21,549 bases of DNA from Candidatus Rokuibacteriota bacterium (GTDB lineage: Bacteria; Methylomirabilota; Methylomirabilia; Rokubacteriales; DASRDR01), in contig JBIOTN010000048.1 of assembly GCA_044866005.1 (NCBI GenBank), forward strand, positions 1 to 21,549. The letters run 5' to 3'. A program made the translations under genes and the position numbers. The notes beneath the pieces are model-generated. The model did not search any database, was not told the DNA's origin, and saw only the letters and a list, made by a program, of their open reading frames with translations. This document shows positions 17,593 through 21,549 of the stretch, one piece after another. The first letter of the stretch is position 1, and each line of letters begins with the position of its first letter.

Positions 17593-19029
17593 TCAGCGGT
17601 GCTCGCCGACGCGGTGGAGCTTCATGAGGTTCACCGTGCCGCGCACCCACAGGGGCGCCCCGGCGACGATGATCAGGATGTCGTTGTAACGCACCGTGCG
17701 GTCCGCGAGGAGGTTCGACTCGATCTCGAACACCATCTCGTCGATCGAGGAGAGCTTGCTCACCAGCCGGGGCACGACGCCCCAGTCGAGCGCGAGCCGG
17801 CGCCGCACGCGTTCGGACGGAGCAAAGGCGATGATGGGCACGGGCGGCCGGTCCTGCGAGATGAGCCGGGCCGTGGACCCGGACTGGGTGAAGGCGACGA
17901 TCGCCCGCGCCTTGAGCTCCTGCGCCGAGAAGGCTGCCGCGTCGGAGATGGCCTGAGGGAACGACACCTCGCCGCGCCGGGGCCGGTCCATCGTGGCCGG
18001 CGGGAACGCGCCTTCCGTCCGCCGGATGATGCGGTCCAGCACGCGGACGGCCTCCACGGGATACGCGCCGACCGCGGACTCCGCGGAGAGCATCACCGCG
18101 TCGGTCCCGTCCAGGATGGCGTTCGCCACGTCCGAGACCTCGGCCCGCGTGGGGCGCGACGACGAGACCATCGACTCGAGCATTTGCGTCGCGATGATGA
18201 CGGGCGTCCGGGCCAGTCGCGCCTTCCGGATGATCTCCTTCTGGGCGACCGGCACGTCCTCGACGGGAAGCTCCACGCCGAGATCTCCGCGCGCGACCAT
18301 GACGCCGCTCGTCGCCGCCAGGATCTCGTCGAGGTGGCCGAGCGCCTCGGGTCGCTCGAGCTTCGCCACGACCTGCGCGTCGGACCGCTGCTCGTTGATG
18401 AACTCCCGCACCTCCAGGAGGTCCGCCGCCGACCGCACGAACGAGACGCCGATGTAGTCGACGCCGTGCCGGAGGCCGAAGGCGAGGTCTTCCCGGTCCT
18501 TGTCGGTCAGCACGGCCATCCGTACCGCGGTGCGCGGCAGGTTGACGCCCTTGTGGTCCTGGACGAGCCCGCCGGCCTCCACCCGGCAGACCACGTCCTC
18601 GCCCTCGACCTGCTGGACTTCCAGGGCGATCCGCCCGTCGTCGATCAGCACCCGGTCGCCGGGCTTGACGTCGCGGTTGAACCCGCCATAGGAGATGGAG
18701 GCGCGGTCCGACGAGCCCTGGACCGGCGCCGTGGTGAGGACGAAGGGGCGCCCGCGCCGGAGCGTCGCGCTGCCGCCCTCGAAGGCGCCGAGCCGGATCT
18801 TGGGGCCCTGCAAATCCTGGAGGATCGCGATCGGCTTGCCGATGCGCACCTCCACCGATCGGATCCGCTGGATCGCCTGGGCGTGCTCGGCGTGCGTCCC
18901 GTGCGAGAAGTTGAGCCGCGCCACGTCCATCCCCGCCCGCGCCATCTGCTCGATGATCCCCTCGCCGAGGGACGCCGGGCCGATCGTGCAGACGATCTTC
19001 GTCAGGCGCTCACGCACGGCGCGGCTCAT
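17593..19029 (-). CDS. pyk: Pyruvate kinase
   Basis: TKIVCTIGPAS, ARLNFSHG, DLQGPKIR, KGVNLP, AKLER, MVARGDLGVE, ATQMLESM, PTRAEVSDVANAILDGTDAVMLSAES. Confidence 0.97.
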   Translation of the reverse strand: MSRAVRERLTKIVCTIGPASLGEGIIEQMARAGMDVARLNFSHGTHAEHAQAIQRIRSVEVRIGKPIAILQDLQGPKIRLGAFEGGSATLRRGRPFVLTTAPVQGSSDRASISYGGFNRDVKPGDRVLIDDGRIALEVQQVEGEDVVCRVEAGGLVQDHKGVNLPRTAVRMAVLTDKDREDLAFGLRHGVDYIGVSFVRSAADLLEVREFINEQRSDAQVVAKLERPEALGHLDEILAATSGVMVARGDLGVELPVEDVPVAQKEIIRKARLARTPVIIATQMLESMVSSSRPTRAEVSDVANAILDGTDAVMLSAESAVGAYPVEAVRVLDRIIRRTEGAFPPATMDRPRRGEVSFPQAISDAAAFSAQELKARAIVAFTQSGSTARLISQDRPPVPIIAFAPSERVRRRLALDWGVVPRLVSKLSSIDEMVFEIESNLLADRTVRYNDILIIVAGAPLWVRGTVNLMKLHRVGEHR

Positions 19030-19966
19030 CCGGCGCGACCACGGGGTTCTGCAGGCAGCCCAGCCCATCGACCTCGGCCTCGACGAAGTCGCCCGGCTTG
19101 AGATACGCGCCCGTCGCGGCGCCCACGCCCGACGGGGTCCCGGTGGCCAGGATGTCGCCTGGCTCGAGCGTCAGGCCGGCGGAGAGGCTCGACAGGAGGG
19201 CCGCCACGCCGAAGATCATCTGCCCGGTCGTCGCCTCCTGCCGCGTCTCGCCGTTCACGCGGAGCCGGATGCCGAGCGCCTGGGGGTCGGGGACCTCGTC
19301 GGCCGAGACGAGAACGGGGCCCATCGGGCAAAACGTGTCGAGCGACTTGCCCTTGAACCACTGCTGATGCGCCTTCTGGAGATCACGCGCGGTGACGTCG
19401 TTCAGGACCATGTAGCCGAACACGTGGCGCAGGGCGTCCTCGGGCGTGAGGTCACGGCCGGCGCGACCGATCACGACGGCCAGCTCCACCTCGTAGTCGA
19501 GCGCCTGCGTCACCGCGTGGTGGATGATGGGCGCGCCCGGCCCGATCACCGTGGTCGGCGGCTTCGTGAAGAACACCGGCCGGTCGGGCGGCGCGGCGCC
19601 GCGCTCGGCGGCGTGCTCGGCGTAGTTGCGACCCATGCAGAAGATGTTCTTGCGCGGGCGGGGGATGGGCGCGAGCAGCCGCGCGTCGCTGGCGCGCCGC
19701 AAGACACCCCGGCGCCGGACCTCTTCGGGGTCGAGCCGATCCACCAGGCCCCGGCCGTACTCCCAGGCCTCGTGGGCGCGAGCCCACATGGCGGGACCGC
19801 CCGCGATGAGCTCGAGCATCGAGCTGGGCAGGAGCGCGTCCCGCGGCGGCCGCGCGGCGCGCTGGGCCGTCATGTCGGCCGAGAGCGTCCGGAGATCCAG
19901 GAGAGCGTCGTGCCACACGATGCCGAGCCGGGGCGTCCGACCGGCCAGGTAGGTCACCAGGTGCAT
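19010..19966 (-). CDS. Fumarylacetoacetate hydrolase family protein
   Basis: IFCMGRNYAEHAAE, FFTKPP, DYEVELAVVIG, NDVTARDLQ, GKSLDTFCPMGP, PGDILATGTPSGVG. Confidence 0.95.
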   Translation of the reverse strand: MHLVTYLAGRTPRLGIVWHDALLDLRTLSADMTAQRAARPPRDALLPSSMLELIAGGPAMWARAHEAWEYGRGLVDRLDPEEVRRRGVLRRASDARLLAPIPRPRKNIFCMGRNYAEHAAERGAAPPDRPVFFTKPPTTVIGPGAPIIHHAVTQALDYEVELAVVIGRAGRDLTPEDALRHVFGYMVLNDVTARDLQKAHQQWFKGKSLDTFCPMGPVLVSADEVPDPQALGIRLRVNGETRQEATTGQMIFGVAALLSSLSAGLTLEPGDILATGTPSGVGAATGAYLKPGDFVEAEVDGLGCLQNPVVAPDEPRRA

Positions 19967-20036
19967 GTCATCCCCCCGAGTGCGGCAGCCACAGCGGCCT
20001 TCATGATACTACCGGACCCCTCGGGAGATGCTGAAT

Positions 20037-20189
20037 CGGGGGGAGGCAGACCCGAGCCGTTCGGCCCCAGAGGCCGGGACGGCCGCGAGGCCGAAGGCCG
20101 AGCGCGTCCCGGCCGAGATGAAGATCGACGGCCGAACGGCCCGGCTTTGCCGGGAGGGTCGTCGGAGGGGGGCTGCGCCCCCCCTCCGA
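20037..20189 (+). repeat. Structured repeat family 2, long copy D
   Basis: gaccc/gggtc, gccgttcggcc/ggccgaacggc, ccggc/gccgg and terminal tcggagggggg/cccccctccga hairpin; shares its core with 21476-21549. Confidence 0.8.
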
Positions 20190-20196
20190 GAAATTA

Positions 20197-21432
20197 TTAA
20201 AAGGCGCCCTTGTCGAGGCTGTAGAAGTTCGCGTAGATCGATTCGCACGCCGCGGCCAGTCGGCGCCGGCTCCCGTAGCGCGAGCCGAAGCGCGTCAGCG
20301 ACTGGGTTGTCGTGTCCGCGCGCGTGCGCCCCTCGAGGACCAGCTCGCTCATCCACTCGCCGATCAGCAGCGAGCCCGCGATCCCGATGGCGTTGCACCC
20401 CGCGGCGACGAACAGCCCGGCGATCTCCGGCACGGCGCCCAGGAGGTACTGGCCGTCGGGCGTGAACGTCGGCAACCCGGCACAGCCCTTCAGCACCGGC
20501 GCCCCGGCGAGTGGCGGGAAGGCGCGGGTGAGCCCGGCGGCGAGCTCTTCCAGGACGCCGAGGTCCTTCTCGGTGTGCTCGATCTCGAAGGTCGGCGGCA
20601 GGTCCGCCATGCGGAAGGCCTTCGGCCGGGCCTCGAAGCCGCCGAGCATCAGCCCGCCCACCTCCGGGCGGATGTACACCGACGCGTCCGGCACGCGCAC
20701 GACCGGGAGATCACGCGGCACGCCGTCCATGGGCGCGGTCGTCCAGTGCTGATGGCGCAGGGGGATCGTGTCGAAGTCCAGGCCGACCGCCTCGCCGACC
20801 CGCTCGACCCAGGGGCCGGCCGCGACCACGACGCGCGGGGCGGCCACCGCGCCGCCCGGTGTCGTCACGCCACGGACGGCGCCCCGATCGACGGTGATCG
20901 CCGTGACCGGCCGCTGGGTCTGGAAACGGACGCCGAGCTTCCGCGCCGCCCGGGCGATCGTCATCGCCAGGGTGTAGGGCTCCACGTAGCCGTCGCGCGG
21001 GATCCAGGCCGCGGCCTTCACGGCCTGGGCGTCCAGGAACGGCACCCGGGCCCGCACGGCGGCCGGGGAGAGGACCTCGACCTCCAGGCCCCAGGCCCGC
21101 GCCTGCGCGACGTGGGTCTCGAGCTCGCGCACCCGCGCGGCGGTGAGGGCGAGCTTGAGGCTTCCGACCTGCCGGAACCCCGCCTCCTCCCCGTGCTCCT
21201 GCTCCCACCGCTCGAGCCGCCGCACGACCTGCTGGATCGAGCGGCACATGAGCTCCGTGGAGCGGAGCTGGCCGACCAGCCCGGCGGCCTGCGGCGTGTT
21301 GCCCGACGCCAGCTCGCGGCGCTCCAGGACCAGCACGTCACCCATGCCCGCGCGCGCCAGATGGTACGCGATCGAGCAGCCCCAGATGCCGCCGCCGACG
21401 ACGACGACCCCCGCCTCTTCTACAGCGCTCAC
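20197..21432 (-). CDS. DAO-family FAD-dependent oxidoreductase (sarcosine/dimethylglycine dehydrogenase N-terminal-like)
   Basis: VVVGGGIWGCSIAYHLA, ASGNT..AAG, VGSLKLA, DGYVEP, VVAAGPW, YIRPE.GGL, TFTPDGQYLLG, GCNAIGI. Confidence 0.92.
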   Translation of the reverse strand: MSAVEEAGVVVVGGGIWGCSIAYHLARAGMGDVLVLERRELASGNTPQAAGLVGQLRSTELMCRSIQQVVRRLERWEQEHGEEAGFRQVGSLKLALTAARVRELETHVAQARAWGLEVEVLSPAAVRARVPFLDAQAVKAAAWIPRDGYVEPYTLAMTIARAARKLGVRFQTQRPVTAITVDRGAVRGVTTPGGAVAAPRVVVAAGPWVERVGEAVGLDFDTIPLRHQHWTTAPMDGVPRDLPVVRVPDASVYIRPEVGGLMLGGFEARPKAFRMADLPPTFEIEHTEKDLGVLEELAAGLTRAFPPLAGAPVLKGCAGLPTFTPDGQYLLGAVPEIAGLFVAAGCNAIGIAGSLLIGEWMSELVLEGRTRADTTTQSLTRFGSRYGSRRRLAAACESIYANFYSLDKGAF

Positions 21433-21475
21433 GGCTTCACCACGTGTCGCCTTTCGCGAGTCGGGAAACCCGCCG

Positions 21476-21549
21476 CGGGGGAGGCAGGCCCGCGCCGTTC
21501 GCCGGACAGCGAACGGCCCGGCGTTGCCGGGAGGGCCGTGGGAGGGGGG
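21476..21549 (+). repeat. Structured repeat family 2, short copy E (truncated by window edge)
   Basis: cgggggaggcaggcccgcgccgttcg-ccggacag-cgaacggcccggcgttgccgggagggccgtgggagggggg aligns with copy D. Confidence 0.8.

Noticed and set aside
16423..19101. 892-aa plus-strand ORF
   Set aside because: Antisense shadow of pyk and the antiporter that runs through repeats; no domain signal
20037..20189. Possible tRNA or known riboswitch
   Set aside because: No T/D-loop consensus, CCA end or recognisable aptamer motif; recurs as a repeat at 21476

Overview
A very GC-rich bacterial chromosomal segment. Gene style and the G/C-hairpin intergenic repeats suggest Candidatus Rokubacteria/Methylomirabilota, which is an inference. 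On the + strand it carries a complete System I cytochrome c maturation operon, ccmABCDEFGHI (152-6897). The operon includes a 40-aa ccmD missed by the ORF track and a CcmG with an atypical CxxxC active site. It is followed by an LPG-synthase-TM/flippase-like gene, ligA, a YfhO-family GT-C glycosyltransferase, a HEAT+TPR protein and an RraA-like protein. The - strand carries a DAO-family FAD oxidoreductase, an FAH-family hydrolase, pyruvate kinase, a small Pro-rich leaderless ORF, a CPA2/Kef-type antiporter and a small 23-aa-repeat protein. The most notable unannotated element is a probable ~180-nt minus-strand sRNA (~7123->6940). It has a correctly spaced sigma54 -24/-12 promoter, three stem-loops, two near-identical anti-Shine-Dalgarno-like AGCCCUCCC loops and a U9 intrinsic terminator. 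Two families of structured REP-like intergenic repeats with compensatory base changes also recur. No transposase, CRISPR array, tRNA or rRNA was seen.
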